DNA of 57,429 bases, taken from the NCBI GenBank assembly GCA_000934665.2, contig KZ538632.1:1-57429 (forward strand), written 5' to 3'. Positions 39,630 through 52,300 of this stretch are shown piece by piece. The stretch is from Catajapyx aquilonaris. Taxonomy: Eukaryota. The notes under the pieces are model-generated. The model was given only the letters and a program-made list of their open reading frames with translations, was not told the origin of the DNA and ran no database searches. How positions within the stretch are numbered: the first letter of the stretch is position 1; the number at the start of each line of letters is the position of its first letter. The position numbers and the translations under genes were made by a program.

Positions 39630-40040
39630 GCCGTCGCTCCCGTCGCATACGCCTCTCCCGTAAGTTACGCCGCTCCTGCCGTAAGCTACGCCGCAGCTCC
39701 AGCCTCTTACGGAAGCTACGCAGCGGCACCAGCAGCTTACGCAAGCTACGCAGCGGCACCAGCGTACGCCAGTTACGCCGCAGCCCCCGCTAGTTACGCC
39801 GCCGCCGCCCCTGCCGTAAGCTATGCCGCAGCTCCAGCAGCTTACGCAAGCTACGCAGCGGCACCAGCAGCTTATGCAAGCTACGCCGCGGCACCAGCCT
39901 ACGCCAGTTACGCCGCAGCTCCCGCCAGTTACGCTGCCGCAACGCCCGTTTACGCCAGTTACTCCGCCGCAGCGCCCGCCTACGCCAGTTACGCTGCTGC
40001 AGCACCCACTCACGGTCATTCATCAGGGCATCATCACTAA
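39630..40040 (+). CDS. Exon 5 (terminal): Ala/Tyr/Pro/Ser repeats (SYAAAPA, AYASYAAAP) and a C-terminal HGHSSGHHH*
   Basis: Acceptor tccaactacag|, phase 0, 137 codons to TAA at 40038-40040. AAP(A/V) motifs are typical of arthropod cuticular proteins. AATAAA at 40345-40350. The ORF track does not list this frame. Confidence 0.9.
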   Translation, partial: AVAPVAYASPVSYAAPAVSYAAAPASYGSYAAAPAAYASYAAAPAYASYAAAPASYAAAAPAVSYAAAPAAYASYAAAPAAYASYAAAPAYASYAAAPASYAAATPVYASYSAAAPAYASYAAAAPTHGHSSGHHH

Positions 40041-40442
40041 GCTAGAAACGTTACGGATTGTGACACACTTTGAGTGAATTTATCTATAGTTGAGTGGAGC
40101 ACGTGTAAAAAGACGAATTCTTGCCGAGCAAGGGTTTACGACGGTGTACCGTCGTTGCGATTTTACACTTATTCTCTAGTCTGAATGACGCGACGTATCC
40201 GTCTTTCTTTAATATGTTTTTTTTTTTTTTTTTGCAAGCCTAGCGCATTAATAGTGCGATTACCCCTCCGAAATTGTTTGGAGCGGTGTCTATGGGAGGT
40301 TTTTTTTAAAATGTTAACTGAAGGAAACCAGCTTTTGTACAGTGAATAAAAAGTTGACAACTTGTATTTAAAAGTTAGAACACAAAAATTGGGTCTCTTA
40401 TTTAACTAATAACAATTACATCAGGCAGCAGCACCAACAGTC

Positions 40443-40691
40443 TTATTTATTGCCTGACGCCTCCTCCTTCTCCAGCAACTTGAGCAGCTCCTGCTGCTTC
40501 TTTTCCTTCAACTGTGAAATGAAAGTCTCAATCTCCTTCTTCCCTGTCTTCTCATCAGGAGGGTACATTTGCCGCTTCATCTTAACCACATAGTCCTCGA
40601 ACAGTTTCGGCTGGTTGAAAAGGTAGAACAGAGTCACCGGGAAGGTCATGTAGAGTGCCATTTTGCTCACTTCTAACTTCCAACCACCCAT
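40443..40691 (-). CDS. PET100: PET100 homolog, mitochondrial cytochrome c oxidase assembly factor (82 aa), CDS in a single exon
   Basis: MGGWKLEVSKMALYMTFPVTLFYLFNQPKLFEDYV matches the PET100 family N-terminus (LE-x-x-K/R-M-x-x-Y-x-x-FPV-x-x-F-x-x-x-NQ-x-x-x-FE), followed by a charged helical tail. An acceptor ttttcacatttcag| puts the exon start at 40766. Confidence 0.92.
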   Translation of the reverse strand: MGGWKLEVSKMALYMTFPVTLFYLFNQPKLFEDYVVKMKRQMYPPDEKTGKKEIETFISQLKEKKQQELLKLLEKEEASGNK

Positions 40692-42075
40692 GGTTAAGTC
40701 CCCGGTGTCACAAGCTATTGCTTCCCTAACTGATGTCCCACCAACCGATGGGGACCCAACAATAATCTGAAATGTGAAAAGGTAAATATACATTAACTCT
40801 CAACTGGGGAAGTATGTTTTCCGTATACTTTACACCAGCACGGACTGAACACTCAACACCTACGGCAGGGCCGAGAACATTAAATAAGAAATGTCATGCT
40901 AGGCAGTGCCCTCGGGTCAAAGTCTTGATTATCTGACAAAATGTCTCCTTGCAGATATACCGTTGCTTATGCTGCATTTTCTCGCATGAGAAACCACTCT
41001 GTACCTCGCAGGCATGATTGACATTGAATGCATTTGCTTCCAGCATATAACAAGTACCGTACATAAATGTCATCACAATATGCCTTACCTCATTTGAAAC
41101 ATTTTATTCACACTTATGGCTGCATAGTTAGTGAAAATGCCAATGCACTGTTATTTAAGGAAACTACAGTGCAATAATTATTATATCACTTTCATCAAAA
41201 GCCTCTAGACAGTGTGCATGCTATCAGATACATCAGAACTCTCACCTCCTGTTGTGAGACACAGGGGGATTTCCCACCTTGGTGTTAAAGTCATGACAAT
41301 AGAGCATGCATTAACGTGAGTTATAACAATAAAATGCTACCCAGGGACCATAAAACCTCATCCTTATTACACGGATTATTAAAAATGTAGCCTATTCTCA
41401 AAAGATATATGGTAAGTTGAACAAAATTTCATATATTCCGGGAACATGAATGATGCTACATTTTTTATGTTACCTACAGTACAGATAAGTCTAATATTGC
41501 AGGATTCTAGCTGACACAACAAAAATAGTCACGGAATTCTATGACTTGTTGTAAAAAGGTTTAGGTAAACTCAAGACAGTCATTTCAGCCATTCAATCTA
41601 TGTCAATGGCAAGGTGAGCGTACAGTACAATAGCGGCACCTATTGATATGGTGGTCAACAAACTGACACACAATAACCCTAGTTATACTTGTCTGACGTA
41701 ATCTCCTCTCCGCTAAGAAAAACCTGATTACAAGTGAAAATACATTCATGACGCTACCAGCAGTCCAAGACACTATTCTTAATGCACTATGCAACATAAG
41801 CATTACCATTTTGCGTATGTCAATACTCTCAAATATCCTGCTTTTTGTTCACCTTTACTCTTAATCACAACACTTGCTGCATAACATGCATGCAGTGCCA
41901 CAGTGTTGCAAATGAATGTGAACTTACCATAAATTATCCTTTATACGTTTACCTATTAATGCAAATTATGAGGTAACATCTTTCACTTCCTTACTAACAG
42001 TGCATGTGGCTGTCATAAGAGGGACAATGATCCCTCAATGTAAAAACTGATTTAAAAATCATTCATACCCTAGCA

Positions 42076-42212
42076 CAGTGGTTCCCAACCTGTGGGTCGA
42101 GAAGCCTTTTCCGGGTAATTTTACTTACAATAAATGTATGAAATTTTTACCATGAAGGGGGTGGGGGTCACAGGTTACTTGACTATCATAAAACGGAGCT
42201 TGGGAACCACTG
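42076..42212. mobile_element. Short non-autonomous hAT (Charlie/Buster-like) element, 137 bp
   Basis: TIRs CAGTGGTTCCCAA / TTGGGAACCACTG and a perfect 8-bp target-site duplication CCCTAGCA (42068-42075, 42213-42220) with a central TA. Confidence 0.93.
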
Positions 42213-44726
42213 CCCTAGCACAATCATTACTTATTCCTCTATTATTCCCAACAGGTCATGACGTCATGATTGTTACAATAAGTCATAGTAACAATGGTGA
42301 CATTATTTGGAACTTCAAAAAGGTTCCCAACATCAATATCAGAAGATTGCTGGTCACTATAAGGGGAACATTCATTCTCACTTCTACAGCAGTACATGGG
42401 CAACAATTTAAAAAAGCCTTCATGATTGCAATCTGCGTTAAGCCCAATCAATGTAGGCCCATCTTTTTCTGTCAGGATCCACCACTCCAATTTGGTTCTC
42501 CCTATTCAGTTTAAAAATATGGAGTTCACCATTTATTAGATCCTGGTGAAGTATCTACGATTTTCCATATATACACAAAAAAATCAACGTCAATTATTGA
42601 ATTAATTGCCATGCAAAAAAAAAAAACACAAACCGCTGTTCTGTTGTTCCACCTGTTTGAGTGACTACACAATTTGCGATGTTCCACAGGCTGGCTTCCT
42701 GTCTAACAGGGCTCTTTAATACAAGGAGAGCCCATCTTACTCCTGGCCAGAAATCTTATTGACCCACCATTAGCCTGCTATAGCAGTTCCTACCAAAGAG
42801 TACTTGTTCCAAATAAGCTTAACAAGCTCTTTAATAACAATCCTTCACAGCAGGCCAACAGCAAGAGGATAAACCAGATGATGTATTTGGCATATTCTCC
42901 ATGTCTGAATAGGCCAGTACAAGGTGCTACCACCTGATCTATTTGAACCCTGTTGTACCTTTCTGCCACCTACTGGTTAATTTCTTAACCTAATGCAGCT
43001 CCCAGTGGATTGCCCAAGGTCAACATGAGAGTGCATGTCTATACTCAAAGCCAACTATTTGGCAATGTTATTGTGTCACCAGCATGCCATATATGAGGAA
43101 GACCTGTTTCCTCTAACAGCAAACAGTTAATATCAATATCAAGTTTCTCAGTGAAAACACATGAAAATACTTTGTAGCATCTTCTCCTGGGATTAGATTT
43201 TCTAATATTTACATGAAGAATACATCTAGCTTTTCCCACTTAAATGTCACTTATGAATGCAAAAAATAATGTTGTACAGTACTTCAGTGCTGGTGATTTA
43301 TGGGTCTCTGCCACAAATGAGAGCAATGTTATAACAAAAAATTTCGATTGCATTTGTAGTAGGCTAACCAATCAATGATCGTGTAACTACACACTTTAAA
43401 ATATGTCCAAGAATTTGACCAATCAGATTAATGCAGTTGTGTTCTTAGAAGTCAATAAATAGCCTACCAAGTGCTATAAGTCGTCATTTTATTGTTTTGA
43501 GTTCAACTCTTTAATCATGAACATAGCAATTTACCATGCACTTTGGCCCAACCCCAATGTTAATGTCACCAATAAAAACAAAAACTCAGACCCCACGTTA
43601 TGCAAATTCAAGCCTCATGCTGTAACCCCAGCAACTCCCATGTTTTTCATGCACCATTCACATAAAAATACCAGTAAATAGGCCCAATCTCTTTAAAAAA
43701 ACAATTACCACTGAAATAATTATATGGTACCGGTATGTCATTGACCGGTCTAGAATGCCTCTATTGTCATCAGCCTCTTTACCTCACAGCATGACTTTGA
43801 TGGCATCCTACACCATACGTAAAAGGCAAAGTTTGTTGGTTTGTCCATTTAAACATGCCTTCATGGCCACGGTTGTTTGTTTCCTTGTTTGTCCATGGCA
43901 ACAGGTCTCCCTGCCATTAAGAAACAATGATCGACTGTTGTTGATTACATTGCCACGGAAACAGGCCGTGCGAAGAACGGGCTCCGCTGCTAGTAATACC
44001 ATATGACACAGCATTGCCAACCTGTACGGTAATTGTGCGGGCATACGGTGATTTATTCCTTTGTACGGTGTGTACGTTATCGCTTTTGTGTATTCAAAAT
44101 ATAATATAATATAATATAATTATATCCGACGTGCTTACAGTATAGGAGGATTCCACTGTTTTCTGTCAGTTACATTCACCTAAACTTGTGCGACCTTGAA
44201 CCCCCCCCCAATCCTCCGCTATGCTCGTTTGACCCTTTGGAAGCTGGTTGCGCTTACATTTTGTGCGGTTCTGAAAATTACTTTGACATATTCACGTGTA
44301 GCTGATATTTTCCCCTAATGTTTCATTCACAAAAAAGCCATGTTTTAATATGTACGGTAATTTTATGCGAAGTACGGTAATTTTCACTCTAGTGGTACGG
44401 TAGCTTCTAAGGGTCAGGTTGGCAACGCTGATATGATAACAGTAACAAGTGTGTATAAATCCAGTAGCATGTATTTTTATTACGGCCAGCATCGGTACCG
44501 GCGTGCGACCGGCATGGGCAGCCCCACGTGCTTCCTTCCAAACAGACAGACAGACAAACTCATCGATATTCTCCCAAACCCTTCTGCCAACGCGAGGATC
44601 TAGGCCTCAACCTTTCCGCCCCCCTCTTCCCTACCTGCCCGTCGACCGACCCCGACAGGTGCGTCCCCCTCGCGCCGAACCCTCCCAGACCGGACTACGC
44701 GGGTGTGACAAGACAAAGGTACTCAC

Positions 44727-44830
44727 CGGACGAGCTACGAGTCGGATGAACTTGAGGTGACACCCGGTTCCAGCACCATTCGAGAGGACGTTCGAATTAA
44801 AGATGGCCGACTCAGCAGGGGATGAGAATC
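44727..44830 (-). promoter_or_regulatory. Probable non-coding first exon / promoter region of PET100
   Basis: Locally CpG-rich segment with a strong - strand donor ccg|gtgagt at 44726 and a YY1-like AAGATGGC motif near 44800. It is the most promoter-like segment upstream of the acceptor-bounded PET100 exon. The 5' boundary is approximate. Confidence 0.5.
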
Positions 44831-47800
44831 CGGATGGGTCAAAAACATGGAGGAAAGGAGTGGTATGAGAAATTGCAGGGACAAACTTTCAAAAAACGCG
44901 CGAAAAGTTCGTTTATTCACAGGTAATGTCTCAGTTAATTCATTATGATTCTTAGCAAGTAACTTGTATCAAATGAAGCTTGCGGGTTTCACAAGTGAGC
45001 CATTTATTCGAAGATATGTGAAAGTGTGAGCGAATTTATTGCGAAAACCAATCATGGCAAGTATTTTTGACGCCCATACAAACTAGTAAAGTAGTCTTAA
45101 AAAGTGGCGGAATTTCTGGAACGCAGACAGATTCATTGCCTTTAGCATATTATTGCGTTGCACTACATACTGTATCAAAGTGACAGCAGGGGTCATATTA
45201 TTTTTAGTGCATCGTCATGGCATTTTCACGTGCAGGGATAAATTGCGGTGAGGAGTAATAAAAACGAGTTTGCTCTGGCTGATTCACACTATAATTATTG
45301 CACAGTACGCAGTGTTTTATAGAGTAGTGTATTAATCTTTAATTCTGGCACAATTCTTGCATGACCAATGACGTACAGAATAGTTGTAAAATAATCAACT
45401 CAACATTATGACAGTATGATAAACTAAAAACAACAAAGTCGTGATTTACGCTTGACTTATAATATTTCTGTTTTATAAATTAACCCATGAATTATGTAGT
45501 TTACATGTCCGAAGGTCAGCTGACAAAACAAGGTTAAATTACATTCTTCTCCAGATCCCCATGTCACGTGATTTTAAAAATTGGATCACGCGTAATCTAA
45601 TTATAGTGGAGGTTTAACTGTGTCCTGGTGGATCATGCCCACTGTAACAGGGGTGTTACTTTAGCAGAACAGAAATCACCTCATTGCATTACAGTAGTTC
45701 CAGGCCTATAATATTGACCTAATCACTATAATTAATGAAGGGGTATATTCATGTCACAGATGTTAATTACTGAAAGGAAAAACCGCCTACTAGAATGTTT
45801 AGTTATTTTAAATATTTTACTGATACACAGAGGTTATTGTATTGGAAATACATGTGCAGTTATCATATCTATTGAAAGCACACCTACTATAAAACACCTG
45901 CTGCTAAATGGCATGATTTTACTATACAGCAAACACAATTATTATGTAATTATGTAATAAAAATTTAGAACTGCTTAGAAATGTTTGTCAAGAGTTCTTC
46001 GACGTCTTAACAGCATGACATTATAAAATATGAGTCTAATAATCATGATCTTATTTTATGACTAACATCCGGTTGTAATCGATTAATTACATGTGAAACT
46101 AGCAATAGCTTGTTATGTACCTTACCTATAGCCTATACGTACTTTTTTGGCGCTTTTGCTAAAACACAACCAGTAATTTTTTCACACCACACACGAATCC
46201 AGTTTGTACAAGCCTAAGACATGCAGGATCGTAAACATCTCAACTTTTTGTCCCCAAACTCACAGCAATCCGCCTCGGAAAAAAATGGTATAAAATATAG
46301 CGTTCATCCTCAGGGACAATTAGAGAAGGAAACTGCGTTGTTTCGTGCTCCTAATGGAGACTTCGAAACACAATCAATGCCATCTGCTGCAACTAGCTAC
46401 TTCAGCACCGACTTTCTCTGGGCGGAATGCAAATTACGGTTGTTAAGAAGTCTATTACGGCCCATATCAACTTTCAGAGTTAATTAGGAATTTTGCTGTA
46501 CACCCACCTAAGTACAAACGAGCCTAGGATTTTTGGCGTTAACGAGGAGCTGACATATTCACAGGCGGCGATTTCTATCTACGAAGCACGAGTGCATTAG
46601 CCTTTATTTATACCATGCACCTGCAATTCCAAGTTATATTGTTGGGCTGGTACTTCGCCGAGGTATTGCTATACAGAATGCGAATTTTTAATGGCGCACA
46701 GGTGATGAACCCTGCTCGGGCAGGCTCGGAATTCAGTGTGGCACGTTGGAATTAGCCGGAATGTATGAAGAAAAAGCAATTGGTCAAAGCCTAAACTCAC
46801 TACTAACTTGTAAGCATAAATTGTGTAATGCAGTATTATTAATGCGTAGAGTAAAAGTAGAATAAATAACCTTGCATGCTGCAATTTTATACAAGGTAAG
46901 CAACAAACTTATCTATTGCAATAGACAAATTGACAATCATTGCATACTTTTACTATTTGCACGATTTCAATGTCACATAAATAATATACCGGTACATTTT
47001 TATTCAATCAACGGTCGTCTGACGGTCAGACGTTTTCTTACCACATTTGTGCCAAGGAGCAAACCAAATCACTGTACAGGTCTAGTTGACTTATGCAATG
47101 AATCACAAAGTAACAAGACTGAAATGTTTGAAAGAAAAAAAGAAAAAAAAAACAGTTTGTGGAAATTTTAATTTCATGCGGTTTAGACTCCGGCGCTCTC
47201 TCTTCCTCGTACACATATTTCTCTCTTCCTAAGGCATCGTTTTTGCCAACCATCTGCTGTAACCGCAATATTAGCCACAATAATGGCGCATTTTATTCTC
47301 CAACCTCATCCCCCATCTTTCGTTCCAACGGCTAATAAAATAATCGACACGAAATTAGAAAGCGGAGAAGCAAACTGAAAAAAGTTTGGCAAACTTATGA
47401 TATTTCAAGCTCAGAATAACAAGTGCACGCACATGCCATGCGATAATAATATCTATCCACTGATTTGTGTGTCGGCATAGAATGGACGTGTGGGTATAGG
47501 GGGGTGATTGGGGGGGTTGCTTTTCGCCAACTATCCTGCCCAAACACCCGCCCACACCTACTCGTCCATTATTGATCAGCAAGGCAGTACCAGCTTTTAT
47601 AGGGCTATATTAGGTTTATAGCTGGCAAGTTGATAGGTCCGAAGTTTGCAGAACGGAAGGTGTACCGTCCCCTCCTCTCCACCCACTCCCCTTCCCTCTC
47701 CCCACTTCTACTTCGCTCTCCCTCGCTTCCCCCAAAAAGCACTGCGCCCCCCCCCCCCCCCCNCCCCCCCCCCGATTTTCCAACCCTGACAACCTACTGT

Positions 47801-49145
47801 GCTGGTGAAGAATCAGATCTATACGGTTTTATACCCGACTGTTGCAAAAGTAATGGGGCAGGAGGGCTTCAATGTGACAACACTGCTAGGAAAACGACAT
47901 TGTCCTCCAGTAGGTGGCACTGCCTTGAGTTCACCCTACCGAAAAGTGCTGCCACCTATTATAATAAATTTATGTATTTTATACTGTTAACCGCATAGTA
48001 TATACCAACTAGCTAATATGTTGCCAAAATTTGACAAAACAATTATAGTAGGAGACAATCAAACTTTAATGACAGATGTATGTCTGGTCGTACGAGCGAT
48101 AGCGATACTATCAGGTCGGACAAACATCCGACGGATAAAATGAGCATATTAGGAGAAATATTTTAAAGAATTCATTGAAGAATATACATAATTGTTATAA
48201 ATTATTATTGCAGAAGTTGCTTCCAGATTCTGATTTGTTTCCCCCCTTTTTTTACTGGACCATTGTGAGTATCCATGACAAGTTTTGTCGCATTTTATCA
48301 CGCCCAATAAGCTCTAGCCATCAAGAGGTTATTTTTTCAGATAATGTTCCAACTTTTCTCGTCATTTTCGTGCTCATTTTAGAAGGGGGGGGGGGGGCTA
48401 TATATTTTTCCTGTTGCAGGCACAAAAACTTGGTGGGGTTGTTCATGGTCACTTAGGGATAACATTGATTAAAACGGCGGACTTTGCGAGCTCATGCTTA
48501 CGCATGTCTGAGGACAAGATGGGATTCGATACAAAGGGGAATATTCGCATGACAAAGAGTGATGTCTCGAAGTGATTGTGCTCAGGGCAAGACCACAAAC
48601 AAACGGTGGAGGTGGTTCTGAATTATTCCAGCAACCAAATATGATAAATGAAATATTGCTGAAACAAACTGAATTGACCACCCTGTAGTATACACAACGA
48701 GGGACACTGCACTTTACAATACAATACCTACAAATGTAACTATTTGATATAATTCCATATTAATATCGACTGCAAATATCCCCACACAATCGTCCTCTTT
48801 GCTACAATAGCATTTCTCTGAATAATTCACCATTATACTAGCACGTGCGGTATCCCATCAAACATACACGATGCTTTAGTTAATATCTGCAGCCCTGCAG
48901 CAAGGACGCATTTTGGCAGCTAACACAACAGGTACATCTGATGCATTATTGAAGACAGTCTGCATGCATGAATCAGCACGCAATGCAAGTAGCTAAGGCC
49001 TGCACGCTTTTGTTTTATTGCCAAACCCCCGTCCTTGGCACACACGGGTTGCAGGGAACATACTCTGCCTTTTATATCTATACAAAAGGCAACTAACTCC
49101 ATATACGTCGGGGATGGATGAAGAAATTAGGTCTGCAAAATTGGA

Positions 49146-49385
49146 GGCATTATCACACAAAATTTTAAGTACAATAGGAGACATTTTGACATTTTGAATG
49201 TAATATGAGAAATCCTGAAAATTATGTCTAATTTTAGTTAAAGTTATTCGCTTCAAAGTTTCGATATAATTATCAGGATTTGTCATATCACATTTAAAAT
49301 GTCAATTATCCCTGAATGTCTCCTACTGTAGGCCTACTTAAAATTTTTGAAGTATAGTAGGATCGAGACATTTTGTGATAATGCC
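49146..49385. repeat. Degenerate inverted repeat of about 240 bp (old MITE-like)
   Basis: Ends are ggcattatcaca / tgtgataatgcc, with nested mirrored blocks (taggagacatt/aatgtctccta, tgacatttt/aaaatgtca, aaatcctga/tcaggattt). Confidence 0.7.
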
Positions 49386-52300
49386 ATTTTTTAAATTCAA
49401 TTCCGATATAAGCTAGACCACAGACTTGCTCACTTTTTCTTCTCGTAAACATGAATTACAGCCCCATTTTGGATGCAGCCACAATGGAGACGTCAAGACA
49501 ACAAGGCGCGACTGATTAAATATATTCCGCAACTCATGCACCACATTAAATGTGATTTATTCCTCTTGCAAGGGGGTTCCGGGTGGTGCGTGTGGTGAGT
49601 ACAGAAAAAAAAAGTTGCGTGCCAAATAAACTAGCTATTTTGCCCTTTCACGGAATTTCCCGCAATTTCCGTACATTCGGGAGTGCATCAGCCTCTTGCA
49701 TCGTGCTCCCCTTAGCCACATGTGTCCCCAAAAACCTGCACCAGCAGGCGTTTCCATCACATCCGAAGGGGGGGTTGTAAATACTTTGAGGCCAAACCAG
49801 AGCATTGACCTTGCCATGCTTAAAAATCTTCGCCGATTCTCAACTCCACCTTAAAAGCCCTGAAAAAAATCTTAAGATCGTGTTGTATCGGTGATGTATC
49901 ATAATGAAAAAGCTGCTATAATTGGCGGCAGAGGTTGATTCCGTGATTGCGAAATCCTGTGCCAGGATTTCGCAAAAAAAAAAAGTATCCTGTCTGCCAG
50001 ACGGAATCGAAGACGTCTCAAGTTCAGTCGATCGTATAATAGCTCAAGAAATGACCTCGCGGCTATACCTTTTTCGGATTTATTTCTACCAGTTTCCCTT
50101 TCACCTGGATTTTTCTGATAGTTCCTTTTTCTTTTCATCACTTTGTGTCTACCCTTTCAAAGGAGTTCCTAAGATATCAAACACGGCCGTGAATGACTTT
50201 CTCCGTCAGATTGAAGTACAATTTCATCACGATTAGTTCTTAAATGGCAGGTTGAAATCTTTACATGATCTTACTTTTCTTATACTTGAAATGATTCTAA
50301 TGGAATTATGATTAGGAGCACCTTGGGATTATTACAGGACAGGCAAATTGAATACAGAACAATATTACTAGCAGGAACACAAAGAAATATCAAGGCCTTG
50401 AACATAATTTTCAGTGTGATTAAATCTGCAGTAACTCGACGTATGTATGACGCATTTACTTCTTAACAACGACATTCAAGAGCTGCGTTTTCTGCTCGGT
50501 AACTTTACATAGCCTTCAAAGAAATTTTTACATAAGAAGCGTGTGCTGCAGTTACGTCTACGTAACACAAAAAAGCAAGTTTTACTGCGAATTTTATTGC
50601 ATTTTGCAACCCAGCACTGAGATATTTCCTCATATTCTATACCGTGTTTCCTGCATCACATACGTGTTCTATTTTTTACATGTTTCCTCTGCTATCCTCG
50701 TATATACACGCGTGAGATATTTTGATAGGTTACAATATTATTTGAATAATTATATGGCCTTTTACATAGCACAAAATTCACCACTGGATGGCTCAGGAAT
50801 AAATTTTACTATAAAATTTTAAGTGTTCTCGGAAATGTCGCACGGAGAATATTCAAATATCTTTACATTATTTTAGTAGTAAACTTGTTATTTTCAAAAT
50901 CGCCTTTAGAACATGCCGTACTGTAGATGTAAGATAAAAGTATATACTATTGCCTTGGGAATCACTGGGCATATATACAGGAACCAGTTCGCGTAACATG
51001 TTGCATTAGTGAAGTAGGTCTACGATACCTTTGATCTATCAGAACATTTAATAGCTCGAATGTGTGCAGCAGGTCTTCGACTACAATGTATACGTCTAGC
51101 GGCCTTCACATTTTCATTCTCATTTTTATTACTTCGCAGATAGCTCAACAATGTCTGGAGGTGATAGCTAGCCTTAAGTATAAGAAAATATTGTATAGAT
51201 AGTCCACTCTTGCGTTACGAAATGTAGCAACACAAACAGGACAATATACAATAATACACTCTACTATACGAGTATTCCAAATCAACAAAATGTAATTTTC
51301 CTACACAGTGTGATAGTCCTCAAGAACAAAGTGTTGCATACAAAAACGCATTAAAAGTGATATGGTGGAGCTATGTAACAACGCATTCAAGTGCAGTGCA
51401 ATTCACATTCTTCAGGGAAAAAAGTGCGAATTCTGCAATGATAATAGTGCATGCAGTCGGTTAAGTATGGACCAGTGCAAGTCGTAAAAGGGCAATAAAG
51501 TGCAGCGAAACATTATATTGGGTGTAATATTTCCAATTGCTATGACGTCACCAGTTAACAAAAGGGCACTCTTTTATTATTTTCTTCCGAACATTTTAAG
51601 TCAAACCATTTTTGCAGTTTTCTGGTAGGAAACATTCGCAAATTTTTCATGTTAATGTCAGAATATTTGTGATGTTCACACCCTATACATGTGCACTAAT
51701 ATCTTTAAAATAGGCTGTGTGACTAATAAGTTTTTATACAATTAGCAACATGAGCTGTAATTATTGAAGGTGCTTCAAAAATTCATTTATCAAAGTTTAA
51801 TATATCCTAAATTTATGCAAATATCTAGAATGTAAAATGCATTTTTAATCCGACTAGACGGCGTGAATTCTGCATCAAACCACACTCCCTGCTTCCAGAC
51901 ATTACACATGCATGTGCACAAGCAATTTATTTTTGACACACTGTGCGTGTGGTAACCCCCCATGCAATTTTTTTTCCACAATTTTTTCATCCCCTCGCAA
52001 ATATATAAGAGCATCATGGGAACGGGAAGTGCAGACCTTGGAAACGCATGTTGTGGAAAGAATCGCCACATTGCGAAAAACACACTTCAACTCTTCTAAT
52101 TACCCTCGCATTGGCGCAGTTGTAATTTGCAACACTGCAATATTAATAAATACTGAAGCTGGTGTTTTTGCACATTTTTTTTACAAAAAAAAATCGAGAG
52201 GCATTTGTAAAAGGTGGTTGTAAAATACGAAGAGCTGACATTGCGTGAGTTGAGGGAGTTTGAGGGGGTGGATATAGAAAGGAAGGTGGTGGGAGGGTCT

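Noticed and set aside
39544..40077. Arg-rich, Cys/Gly-rich and Gln/Pro-rich ORFs in other frames
   Set aside because: Alternative and antisense frames of the Ala-rich exon; only the Ala/Tyr/Pro frame fits the splice phase.
40692..40793. N-terminal extension of PET100 in the 116-aa ORF
   Set aside because: It crosses a splice acceptor at 40767, and family similarity starts at the ATG at 40691.
40890..41080. Possible intronic snoRNA in the PET100 leader (GTGATGA C-box-like motif on -)
   Set aside because: No suitably placed D box (CTGA), and the H/ACA fold is unconvincing.
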